Assembly: GCA_950097015.1 (NCBI GenBank)
Contig: CATNEN010000024.1
Coordinates: 1,302,001 to 1,366,000, forward strand
Direction of reading: 5' to 3'
From: Macrostomum hystrix
Taxonomy: Eukaryota; Animalia; Platyhelminthes
DNA length: 64,000 nt
Each line of letters begins with the position of its first letter. The stretch's first letter is position 1. The position numbers and the translations under genes were made by a program. The notes beneath the pieces were generated by a model that was not told the DNA's origin, did not search any database, and saw only the letters and a program-made list of their open reading frames with translations. Below are positions 1 to 17,681 of this stretch, in pieces.

Positions 1-1198
1 TTGTCCGATTACTATTAGCATGATCGTCATTCTCGTCAGAGTTGGGACTAGCCTGATTAAAAACAGCAGCAGCAGCAGCAGTCTGTACTGGCTGAGCCGA
101 CGGTGGCGGCGCTGGCGGTGGCGGCGGAGCAACGAGCTCTTCAAATGACAACTGCAATTGTTCAGTGGGATCTGACAGCATGCCCAGCCAGTCAATGTCG
201 TGAAGACCAATAGACTGGTCCATGACCTCCATCAGGTGATCCAGAGATGGCAACTGCTGCTGCATGTGGCTGTCTGGCGGGCCGGAATGCATCGGCGAAG
301 GCAGATTCAAGCTAGCGCCGCCAACAATGGAATCTATATCGGCGGAGTCAGCTTGCACTGTTGGACTCTGACTGTGCTGACTAGGCTGACTGAACGCATT
401 CGGCTGCTGCTGGGAGGTGCCAGTTGTTGAACCTACTGAAGGCGGCGAGGGCGAGTTCATAAAGAACTCCGTCACCTCCTCGATGGTGACATCGCCACCT
501 TGCTGACTAGCTTCAGTTGCTTCTGTGAAGTCGTTGAAAGTTAATAAACGAGGCCGTTTAGCTGCTGGCTGTTGATCCTGCTGCTGCTGCTGCGGCTGCT
601 GCTGCTGCTGCTGCTGCTGACCGGCTTCGATGGCCATCTGAACGGGCGGCCGGCGCTTTGGCAGCAGCAATGAGAAAAAGTTCACTAGCCAACGGACAGC
701 ATCCTGCTGCCTTCTCTGCTGCTGGCGCAGGTACTGAACCTCCAGCCAGAGCTGCTGGTTCTCAGCGCGCAGCCTGTTTAACTCCTCCTCGCTGCCGGCC
801 TGCTTGGCCTTGACGCTTGCCAGATCCGAGCGGACCCGGCCACCCGCCTGCTGCTGCTGCTGTTGCTGCTGTCCAACACGGCGAATGCTAGACAACAAGT
901 CTGGTGCGTCGCGCAGAAAGCAAGGATGCGCGAATTCCATACTATTTAAATCGGCGCGATTCTGTTTGCGAAATGAGTATAAATTTAATTGCCGGATAAA
1001 GCTAGCCAGATTGCTGTGCTTAAAGTAGCAGGGCAGCACTTCCCTAGCTAATAGGTTGCCATCCGTGATAACAAACGATTTGCCATCCTCCGACCAGGAG
1101 ATTAGATGTTGAGCAGCCGGATCCTGTACCAGATGCCACAGGCTGACTACAAAGCCCGGCACTTCTGCCGATATTCGACCGGGGATCTTGGCCGGCAT
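1..1198 (-). CDS. HSF1: Heat shock transcription factor, 3'-partial, no intron within the window
   Basis: Manual translation from ATG 1198 is open to base 1 (absent from the track because there is no stop). HSF DNA-binding domain VPGFVVSLWHLVQD...LPCYFKHSNLASFIRQLNLYSFRK...EFAHPCFLR, HR-A/B LRAENQQLWLEVQYLRQ, HR-C-like LDHLMEVMDQSI. Exact paralog assignment not testable here. Confidence 0.88.
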   Translation of the reverse strand, partial: MPAKIPGRISAEVPGFVVSLWHLVQDPAAQHLISWSEDGKSFVITDGNLLAREVLPCYFKHSNLASFIRQLNLYSFRKQNRADLNSMEFAHPCFLRDAPDLLSSIRRVGQQQQQQQQAGGRVRSDLASVKAKQAGSEEELNRLRAENQQLWLEVQYLRQQQRRQQDAVRWLVNFFSLLLPKRRPPVQMAIEAGQQQQQQQQPQQQQQDQQPAAKRPRLLTFNDFTEATEASQQGGDVTIEEVTEFFMNSPSPPSVGSTTGTSQQQPNAFSQPSQHSQSPTVQADSADIDSIVGGASLNLPSPMHSGPPDSHMQQQLPSLDHLMEVMDQSIGLHDIDWLGMLSDPTEQLQLSFEELVAPPPPPAPPPSAQPVQTAAAAAVFNQASPNSDENDDHANSNRT

Positions 1199-1254
1199 GC
1201 TGTCTGGAAATTGGGGGTGGTGGATGCTGGGAAAGTGATGTCATATCAGGTTCA

Positions 1255-1858
1255 CTATGGCGGGTAAACTATGGCGGGTAAACTATGACAGGTAGACTAT
1301 GACAGGTAAACAATGGCGGGTAAACTATGATAGGTTCACTATGGCGGGTAAACTATGGCGTGTAAACTATGACAGGTAGACTATGACAGGTAAACAATGG
1401 CGGGTAAACTATGATAGGTAAACTATGGCGGGTAAACTATGACAGGTAAACTATGGCGGGTAAACTATGACAGGTAAACTATGGCGGGTAAACTATGACA
1501 GGTAAACTATGGCGGGTAATTATGACAGGTAAACTATGACAGGTAATTGGTAAACTGTGGCGGGTAAACTATGACAGGTAAACTATGCCGGGAGAACTAT
1601 GACAGGTAAACTATGACAGGTAGAATATTGCAGGTAAACTATGACAGGTAAACTATGGCGGGTAAACTATGACAGGTAAACTATGGCGGGTAAACTATGG
1701 CGGGTAAACTATGACAGGTAAACTATGGCGGGTAAACTATGGCGGGTAAACTATGGCAGGTAAACTATGGCGGGTAAACTATGACAGGTAAACTATGGCA
1801 GGTAAACTATGGCGGGTAAACTATGGCGGGTAAACTATGGCGGGTAAACTATGACAGG
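1255..1858. repeat. 14-nt minisatellite, about 43 units of two interspersed variants (CTATGGCGGGTAAA / CTATGACAGGTAAA)
   Basis: Read directly; lies just upstream of the HSF start. Confidence 0.95.
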
Positions 1859-2692
1859 CTAACTCTGAAAGCTGAAATTTGCCAGGTATTTATATACCTG
1901 TAACTATACCTGGCTTGCTAAAATATAACTATACTTGATTTATGTAAGTTAATTATTAAACACAAATGTAATTTCGATGGTAACTTAAAGACAGAGAAAC
2001 CCTATTGTAAGATTCTGATCTTTTTAATTCAATATTTTTAATAGATTACTCAGAAATGTCAATTATCCAGAAAGCAGTTAATTATTAGCATTTAAAAGAT
2101 TTAATTATTCAAAAATTGACGAACAGTTGCGAGCAATTCAAAAGTATATCAAAGCAAATTTGACCTTCCAACACCGCTTGACTACAAAAAGGGAGGAGCA
2201 TTTTTAAGTTAAGAAAAAATCACAAATAAAGAATACGCTCGTATAGCATTAGTGATACGGTGGCGTCAGCAACCGCTGAATAAAACACCTCGTATAGGCG
2301 TGCATTATCTATTTCTTAGTATTGGCAAAATAAAAACAGTTAGATAATAAACTTTTAAGAAATATTCTAGTGCAAACAGAGCGAAACGAACCACAGGGAC
2401 GACCTTGTCCGGAAATGTAGACTCCATAATACCATAATAGTCTATGGCCTAACCTTAGATACAAATTAAATTGCTTACTAAAATCATCGCTTGATTCGAT
2501 GCAGTCACTTTCTTTAATTAATCCCCGTGGTAGTTTAAAGTAAAATAAAACTTAATCATGTTAATTGCAATTCAAACTCTAACTTAAAAGGTAGATAAAG
2601 GGACTCAGTGGATAGGTTCATTGTTTGCGGTCACAAACTAATTTAATAGTTAAATTATCCATCGGTTTGAGAAGAAGAAAACAGCAACAGAA

Positions 2693-10087
<7,395 letters not shown>

Positions 10088-10149
10088 TTAGCGTGCCCAA
10101 AAATAGTGTAAGCAACTGGAACTTGAAACTAAATCAAAGCTAAGATTGA

Positions 10150-10325
10150 TGGGTGGAGAGAAAGAATTTACACCTAACCCCATTCGGCCAGTTGTACAAC
10201 TGTTCAGTCCATGGACTGGGACACAAATGTGTCCTGCTTAAGGACACAAACAGTTTCACTTGGAACAAGATTCGAACTCCCGACCTCACCTAAGCTCTTC
10301 CGAAGCTCTATCCAATGGGCTAAAA
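10150..10325 (-). mobile_element. tRNA-derived SINE remnant with CORE-like segment
   Basis: Minus strand: A-box-like TAGCCCATTGGATAGAG, B-box GGGAGTTCGAATC, then GTGTCCTTAAGCAGGACAC, resembling the CORE-SINE GTGTCCTTGGGCAAG motif. Confidence 0.5.
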
Positions 10326-11314
10326 CCTAAGCAAAAGTTTGCATAAAATATCATAGCAAATGAGTCGATCGAATATAGAAGAACTAGGAAAAGAAAACCT
10401 TAAATTACTGGCAAATTTACATCGCTCAGTAAAAGTTCAACACGCGCTTACGCTTAAGTAAGCTGTAAAATAGGCAAATATTTTTTTTAGATTTTTTACT
10501 TGCAAAAATTAGTGTTCTTAATTAACAGAACAGAGAACAAGGGGTGTAGCAAAATATTAGCGCATATGAACAGGACACTAATGTATGACAGAAACTACTT
10601 ATCCAGCAACAAACCAGCCACTGATATAGGTTAATTACACTTTATAGGTAAGTAAGAATTTACAGATAGCAGCACGTGACAAATGATAAAGGAGTGGAGT
10701 GGGGTGGGTGGTCGCAGACTATGACGGGGCACCTGGCTCGCACCAGAAGTTATAAATAGCTTTTATTATTTTTTTAATCAGTTTTTAATCGACCAACAAA
10801 TACGTCATTTTCAGAATAACCGAAGGTAGGTAGCACAATGCTAAGTAAACTTTAGGACTGGGACTAAATAGGCAGACAAGTTTTAAAAAGTTAACATGAC
10901 GAATATGGGGACAAATGTAAAGAGGACAATGGTTGTTTTGTTTGTTTTCTTAACAAAAAATTGCCCAAAGTATACAGTAGCAGCACACGGTACATAGCTT
11001 GCTGGCTTGCCTTTTTTAAGAATGAAAAATATTTATAGGCAATATAAATATAGATCAGATATAGGAATGAGAACACTTACTTCATTAGTATCATTGTTCA
11101 TTCTAATTGACGGCATTATCTCATCAAGCGAAACTAAATGCGCGGATTTTTTGCAATTTATAAAACAAATTTTCTTCGTTGTAAAGAATAAGTGGAAATC
11201 TACACCCTAAAGCCGATTCAAACTGCAATAATCTGATTGCAAAAACACACAATTTTCTTCCACTCTTTTTTGTTTCTAATGATAATTGAGACAATGCAAC
11301 AGGAGCTTAACACA

Positions 11315-13405
11315 CTATTTAATGCTAGCAACCAGCTTAGACAGTCCTTTAAACTTGCCCAGCACTTGCAAAAGTTCGTCTTTGATGTCGCCACTGTCCG
11401 GCCGCTGAGTAGTCCACAGTTTGAGCATCTGAGTGACAGCCAGCTCAAACTGGTCGTCCTCGGAGCCGCATTCATCAGCGATCGCGTCCAGATCATCGGC
11501 TGGCAGGCCCAGGCTGGAGCCCAGATCGCGCCAGCGAGCTCCAAGAGCATCAGCCATCTGTCTAACAAAGTCCTCGCTGATAATGAAAGGAGCGCCACCG
11601 GCAGCAGCGCCGCTGATGGAATCTTCATCATCGTCGTCGTTATCCTCGTCGTCATTGACGTTGCCATTGTTGTTGCCGTTATTATTGCTTCCATTCTGTT
11701 GCTGCTTGCCTGATGGCGTCGAAGAGCCTTCCGGCGTGCCTGACGAAGCCGCTGCCGAAGACGCTGCCGCGGCTGTAGCCGAATTGAAATCGCGAGCCAG
11801 GCTAGCCAAAATAGTGTCCAAATATTCGCGCAGAGGCCGGCCGGGCGCAACCACCTGGCCTGCGCCTTGCGACTGATTCTGAAAGAAGTATGGACTCTTG
11901 CGCGACAGTAGGCGCAGAGCCCGCCAGGCCCAGGACTCATTATTGACGCGTTTGTATTGCTCTTCAACTAACTGCTCGGGATCGGCCTCCTCGATAGCGT
12001 CAGTGAAGAATGCTGGCAGTTCGGGTGTGAATTCCCGATGCTTAGCGGCTTCCATGTTGTCCGGACAGACGCGCCACAGATTTGTCAGGCGTTGATTAGC
12101 AAATCTGAAGAGCTTTTTACCGTGTCGATCTAACAAAAGATTGCTGCGCCGTTTAAGATTGGCTCGCTTCTGACTCTCTGTCTCGCCAGTGGAACTGGTA
12201 GCTGTGGAACTGGTAGCTGTGGAACTGGTAGCTATGGAACTGGTAGCTATGGAACTACCAGCAGTGGAATTAGCAGCAGTGGAACCAGTGCGCTTAACAA
12301 CCGGACGCTCGCGAACAATAGACGGACAACTATCGTTCTTCCATTGAGACCAGAACTCTTCGCGCTCCAGCACGTGTTCAACTAGGCGAGCGAATTCTTC
12401 AGCATCCGGCGGTGTCTCTCGCAGAGTGGCAAATGCGCGCTGCTTTGTAGCGTTAACCCAATCGATCTGTTCTGATTTCAACTGCTGATCAACCGTTTTA
12501 AACTTTACTGGCGCCACCAGGTACTGGAGCAGTACAAGCAATTGGACTATTAAGGCCCGCCTGAATCTGTGATCCAACAGCTGCAAGTCGAGCAACCGCT
12601 GCGAAGTTAAATAATAAGGATAGAATTGGTCCGACGAATCGCGCACAGCTTCAATCTTTGTACCGGCAAATGTGTCTAATAGAGTGTCCACAATGGAGCA
12701 GAGACTGGGCCAGTTAGCAGCCTGATAGCACATGGCCGGCTGGCGGAAATACTGCTGCAATGCCCAGAATTTCAAATAGAAGGCCTGGTCACCGCCGCTT
12801 GGCTCAGCTTCGGCACTCTTGATATAATTAACAAAATCGGCATTAAAATGCGACATAAAGTTGATGCCAGACTTGTCGTCCAATGGAAATAAACGCGAAA
12901 AAAACAATTGAATCCGACCGCAGAAGACAGTATTGCGACTCTTTGATAAACGCCGTAGCAGATCGTTGCACATGCGCAATAATAGACTCTTGCCGGATGT
13001 GAAAAGAGCTGGCGAGCTCAGGGCCGAGACCCGATCCTCCAAGAGGCCGAACACTCGTTCGCATTCTACGATAGGCGTCATTTCAAACACATCGGACAGG
13101 ATTAGGAATGGCAGGCTGGCGCTACACATATCGTCTGCCTCACGGCTAGCCACGTGAACACTGAGATCAACTAAGCGGCTAATAGAAGCCATTCTCTTGC
13201 TCTCATCGTTGAAGGCGGCGATGGATCTGGCGCAGTCTCGAAATGCCTGGTCTAAAGCTGATTTCCTGTCGTCAATTGAGCACTGGCTTGGCGTGGCAGC
13301 AGATTTTAATTGCTCTTTGAGCGCCTCTTCGTCAGTTGGTGGCGAAGCAGACAAGCCAGTTAGCAACAGATGGGCCAGCTGGCTCGTGTACTCCAGAATG
13401 GACAT
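11315..13405 (-). CDS. THOC1: THO complex subunit 1 (Hpr1/p84N5), single exon, 696 aa
   Basis: LLRMCNDLLRRLSKSRNTVFCGRIQLFFSRLFPLDDKSGIN, YLTSQRLLDLQL, LEREEFWSQWKNDSCP, LTNLWRVCPDNME and a C-terminal death domain (LGARWRDLGSSLGL) match THOC1. Confidence 0.95.
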   Translation of the reverse strand: MSILEYTSQLAHLLLTGLSASPPTDEEALKEQLKSAATPSQCSIDDRKSALDQAFRDCARSIAAFNDESKRMASISRLVDLSVHVASREADDMCSASLPFLILSDVFEMTPIVECERVFGLLEDRVSALSSPALFTSGKSLLLRMCNDLLRRLSKSRNTVFCGRIQLFFSRLFPLDDKSGINFMSHFNADFVNYIKSAEAEPSGGDQAFYLKFWALQQYFRQPAMCYQAANWPSLCSIVDTLLDTFAGTKIEAVRDSSDQFYPYYLTSQRLLDLQLLDHRFRRALIVQLLVLLQYLVAPVKFKTVDQQLKSEQIDWVNATKQRAFATLRETPPDAEEFARLVEHVLEREEFWSQWKNDSCPSIVRERPVVKRTGSTAANSTAGSSIATSSIATSSTATSSTATSSTGETESQKRANLKRRSNLLLDRHGKKLFRFANQRLTNLWRVCPDNMEAAKHREFTPELPAFFTDAIEEADPEQLVEEQYKRVNNESWAWRALRLLSRKSPYFFQNQSQGAGQVVAPGRPLREYLDTILASLARDFNSATAAAASSAAASSGTPEGSSTPSGKQQQNGSNNNGNNNGNVNDDEDNDDDDEDSISGAAAGGAPFIISEDFVRQMADALGARWRDLGSSLGLPADDLDAIADECGSEDDQFELAVTQMLKLWTTQRPDSGDIKDELLQVLGKFKGLSKLVASIK

Positions 13406-13944
13406 TTCGATTCTTGTCTGGCTGCTTTGATCTTTATTCAGTGTTTTTTCTCTCTCTTATAGGTGCTGTGGCGATGAACTGGAAAGATAAAAAAGAATTT
13501 TTTAGTAACTAAGTTGAAAATTAAACTAACTACTAAGAATTTTGCCTTTATGACTATTGAAACATATCTTTAAAAGCGGAATCGAACCACTCTGCCACTC
13601 ACCTCCTCATTGAGACATAAACTACTAACCTAATTTGTTAAGCATGTAGTAAAGTTAAAACAAACAAATTTAAACTTCAAAACTCGCAGCACTACTCAGT
13701 CCCAGTAACTAGCTCGCGTATTTTTTTAATCATACAAATGCTTCAAGTTTATTTCCAGTTCTAAATAGGCTGATAAATTGACAGGAAGGAAATGAACGGC
13801 AGTAGCTTATTATCAACAAAAGAGGGATCGCACAGGTCCAATTAGTGAAAATGCAACTAGCAGATTAAGAAAACCAGACCTGACAGACTTCTAACTATCC
13901 GAGAAGTCTCAATCCTAACTAATCCATTGTCATCGCGGCAACGA

Positions 13945-16891
13945 TCATCTGTTCTGCCGTTTCTTTCCTTGCGCCTTCCCGGCTCTGCCTTTGCCCTGCT
14001 TCTTTCCTGCCCCGGCTGATCGCTTGTCCTTCTTCATGCGCGGATCAACCCGGCGCACCATGGCACCCTTGCCAGCCGACTGTTTGCGTGACACCCCGCC
14101 GCTCCGCTTGCTGACAGCGTACACCACTGGCCGCTTCTTGCGTGCCAGCACGCCGGATCGTTTGTACAGCTGGCGAACCTGCATCGTCTTCTCGGCATCA
14201 ACTACGCCCTCCTGTTCTAGGACAGCTTCAGCTCGCTTCCGCACTTTCTCCAAGCGTTTGGCCGCCTTCATCTTCTTGCGCGCCTTCGCTTCGACAACCT
14301 TCTTAATTGTGCGCACGTTGACACCGCGCAGACGCTTGGCCTGCGTGTCCAGCTCGGCCTTGGCCAGTTTTAGCCCGCATGGTCGCATGTGACGCTTCTC
14401 GTCAGCCACAAACCAATCTGGCAGGTTGTCGTCGTTAAACATAAATCTGTGAAAGCCGCTATCAACTATTTGACGGCGCTCGCGACGCGACGTGGCTATC
14501 CTAGTAGCAATGGCCAGCTCTTCTGGCGTTGTTAATTGTTTCTCGCGCGCCTCTCGACGTTTCTGCTTCTTACTCTTGGGCTGCTCATCCTTCTCTAATT
14601 CGTCATCAATGTCCGACTCGCTCTGTCCGTCTTCGTCACCAGTAGCCGCCAGACCGCCAGCTGGCACATCGTCTTCGTCGTCGGACCAGCGCTTTTCAAA
14701 GAGGTGGTCCGAATCTGCGCTGGCACCGTTTGAAGCGCCAGCTTTCTTAGAAGCTGGCGGTTGGCGTTCGTCTTCTTCTAATTCAACAAAGGCCTGCTGG
14801 GAAAACCAATTATCGGCTCGACGCTTTCGCCTAGCATCTGGATCCTCCAGATTGGTGATGAGCGGGTGCGATCCGCATTCATCGTCGGCATCTTCAACAG
14901 ACGACTGGTCGTCGTGTTCCTCGTCGTTGCTGTCTTTCTCATCAGCTTCATCACTATCTGGATCGTCGACATCGTCGCCAACGCGGCCGGTGGCAGCTGA
15001 CCGGCGGGGCCGCTTTGACCTCGGCTCCACTAGCGCAGCGGAATCTTCAACATTAGCGCCAGCTTCGCGACTGTGATAGCCAATCCTTGACGAGGCGGCT
15101 TTGTTACCGACTTTAGACGCAGCCAGATCTTCACCGTCCTCATCGATAATATCTGGCGCCTGAGCCTCGATGTCTAACAGGCGCTTAACCCTAGCCAGAC
15201 TGAACAAATCGATATCGTCAGATTGTTCAATGGTATCGCCGCGATGCACCATGCTGAGCTGGATTCGTTTAGCCAGGCGTTTCTTAGCCTCCCGAGCTTT
15301 CTTAGCCTTCTTCTTCACGCTGAGGTGCTCCTCTCTAGCTACTTTAGAAACCAGCTGGTCGACTTTCTGCATCTCGGCGGCTTCTAAATCTTCGGCGGCG
15401 ATGGTCACGTCCTCGGCAGAACCAATAGCCGCTGCTTCAGCTGGACCTGTAGTAGATTTGGCGGCAGCAACTAGCAACTCCTCGGATCGGCGAAGACGCT
15501 CCAGAAGACGTCGACGCCATTGGAGAAGAGAAGCCACTTCAGCTTTGCCAATTACTTTGATGTCTCTGGTTGGAAGAAGTGAAAAGTGGATTGTAAGGTT
15601 GGGTAACAATAAATTACATAGAATTGAAGAGTTTGCCGGTTTATCTTACGAGTAAAATTAGCATCCAAAATGGCGCCATAATTCTTTACTAGAATTAAAA
15701 TATAGACTTACTTGCAGCAGGCCACCAGCTCCGGCGTGGCCATACTTTCAACTTCGGGCAAATCGAACACAACGCGACCGCAATTGGCTAATAACTGCAG
15801 CGGCTCTTCGCTGTTTAGAAAACGCGACACAGGCAGGTCAACAAGCCGGCCGTCTAGCTCAGTGTAGCCCTGAGCCTTCTGCTTCTTCACCGGGCCGAAT
15901 GTGCGGCTAAGCACAGCCGGCTTGGCCGGTGCGGCCACGTCGCTAAACACCATGGCTACGTCGCGAAATGCCGGATCTAACTGGTCCGGAGCCTTGTAGC
16001 CCTGGCAGATCAGGTAGATCTCAGCAGATTCTAAACGACTGGCCTCCGGCTTGGCTGCGCGAACACCCTGTTTGATTGAAACAGGTCGATCGGCTCATTA
16101 AATACACTCTAATATTATAACGAATACTATTAACCGGGTTGTCTTTGGCCAGCCACAGTCCATAACCCCTGGGTGTCTTTGGCCAGCCACAGTCCATAAC
16201 CCCTGAGTGTCTTTGGCCAGCCACAGTCCATAACCCCTGAGTGTCTCTGGCCAGCCACAGTCCATAACCCCTGGGTGTCTTTGGCCAGCCACAGTCCATA
16301 ACCCCTGAGTGTCTCTGGCCAGCCACAGTCCATAACCATAAGATCTCAGAAAGGCAATTTCACCTTAAACAATTGCAGCAAAACGAATTTCAATTTCTCG
16401 TAATCGGCGGAGCGGAACACCTTCGTAACAAAGGTTCCGCCGCGTCGCAGAAAATCAGTGGCCAGCAGCAGGGCCTGGTGACACAAACTGGCCTGCGCAA
16501 ACTCATCGAAGCCCCAGTCTGTGCCAACATTCGGCGCACCATCGTGCAGCACGCAGTCGGCCTTCAAATGCTGGAGTTCCTTCCGCAGCAGGGCTCGACA
16601 GTCGGAAGTTGTGATGTCGGCAATGAGAGTCTTTACATTCGGTATCGGCCGGATAGGGACCAAATCAACGCCGATAACTAAACTGGAGACAGGGGCGCAT
16701 TCGCGCACAACCTGACACCAGCCGCCAGGTGCGGCGCACAGATCAATGACAACCCGACTCTGTTGTAGGAAGCCGAATTTTCTATTTAATTGCAATAATT
16801 TGAATGCGGCTCGAGATCTATAGCCGGATTCCTTGGCGAGGTGATAAAATTTATCCCGGCGGGACTTTCCTGTCTTTACTTTCTTGCCCAT
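13945..16891 (-). CDS. FTSJ3: Pre-rRNA 2'-O-ribose methyltransferase Spb1/FTSJ3, 3 exons, about 834 aa
   Basis: Exons 16891-16364, 16067-15712, 15565-13945 (phases 0 and 2). [45 protein letters not shown] tetrad, and C-terminal Spb1 domain [23 protein letters not shown]. Confidence 0.96.
16135..16338. repeat. 34-nt minisatellite, about 6 units, FTSJ3 intron 1
   Basis: Unit GTGTCTTTGGCCAGCCACAGTCCATAACCCCTGA. Confidence 0.95.
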
Positions 16892-16983
16892 TCTATTAGG
16901 CTAGACTAGGCTGCAATAAAAAATATATTGGCAATTATAGTATCTTATAAAATGTACCTAAAAACCTTACACATAGTGTTAGT

Positions 16984-17276
16984 GAGGCTGTAGTAGCGAG
17001 GCCACTGGTAGAGAGGCTGTGGTAGAGAGGCTGTGGTAGAGAGGTTGTGGTAGAGAGGCTGTGGTAGAGAGGCTGTGGTAGAGAGGTTGTGGTAGAGAGG
17101 CTGTGGTAGAGAGGCTGTGGTAGAGAGGCTGTGGTAGAGAGGGTTTGGTAGAGAGGCTGTGGTAGAGAGGCTGTGGTAGAGTGGCTGTGGTAGAGAGGCT
17201 GTGGTAGAGAGGCTGTGGTAGAGAGGCTGTGGTAGAGAGGCTGTGGTAGAGAGGCTGTGGTAGAGAGGCTGTGGTA
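16984..17276. repeat. 14-nt minisatellite, about 21 units, upstream of FTSJ3
   Basis: Unit GAGAGGCTGTGGTA. Confidence 0.95.
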
Positions 17277-17681
17277 GGCGATTACGAGGGCTCTATTAGT
17301 GAGACTGATAAAATGTGAAAAAAGCAAACACAAATATTCTGCCGTAAAAACTCAAAACATCTTAACTTTGCCAACAAATCTTGGAACAATTTTTCTTATT
17401 ACAACATTGACCAGTAGAGAATTCACATGTGACAAGAAACAAATATGCAGCCATGCATGGAACTAACAAAAAACTGGAAAAAAAATTAAAATGCATATTA
17501 AACGACAGCTGAAAATGGTTGGAATAAAGCCAATGAGAAAAACGGATGATGGCAACTTGAAAAAATTGTTTACAGGAAGCAGAAAAAACCTTCCAGAAGC
17601 AAGTTTTTTTTCTCAAGATGTTCAGGATATAAAAAAGAATTCTCTCATTTTTGATGAAGGTTTGATGTGTCTATCATATTG

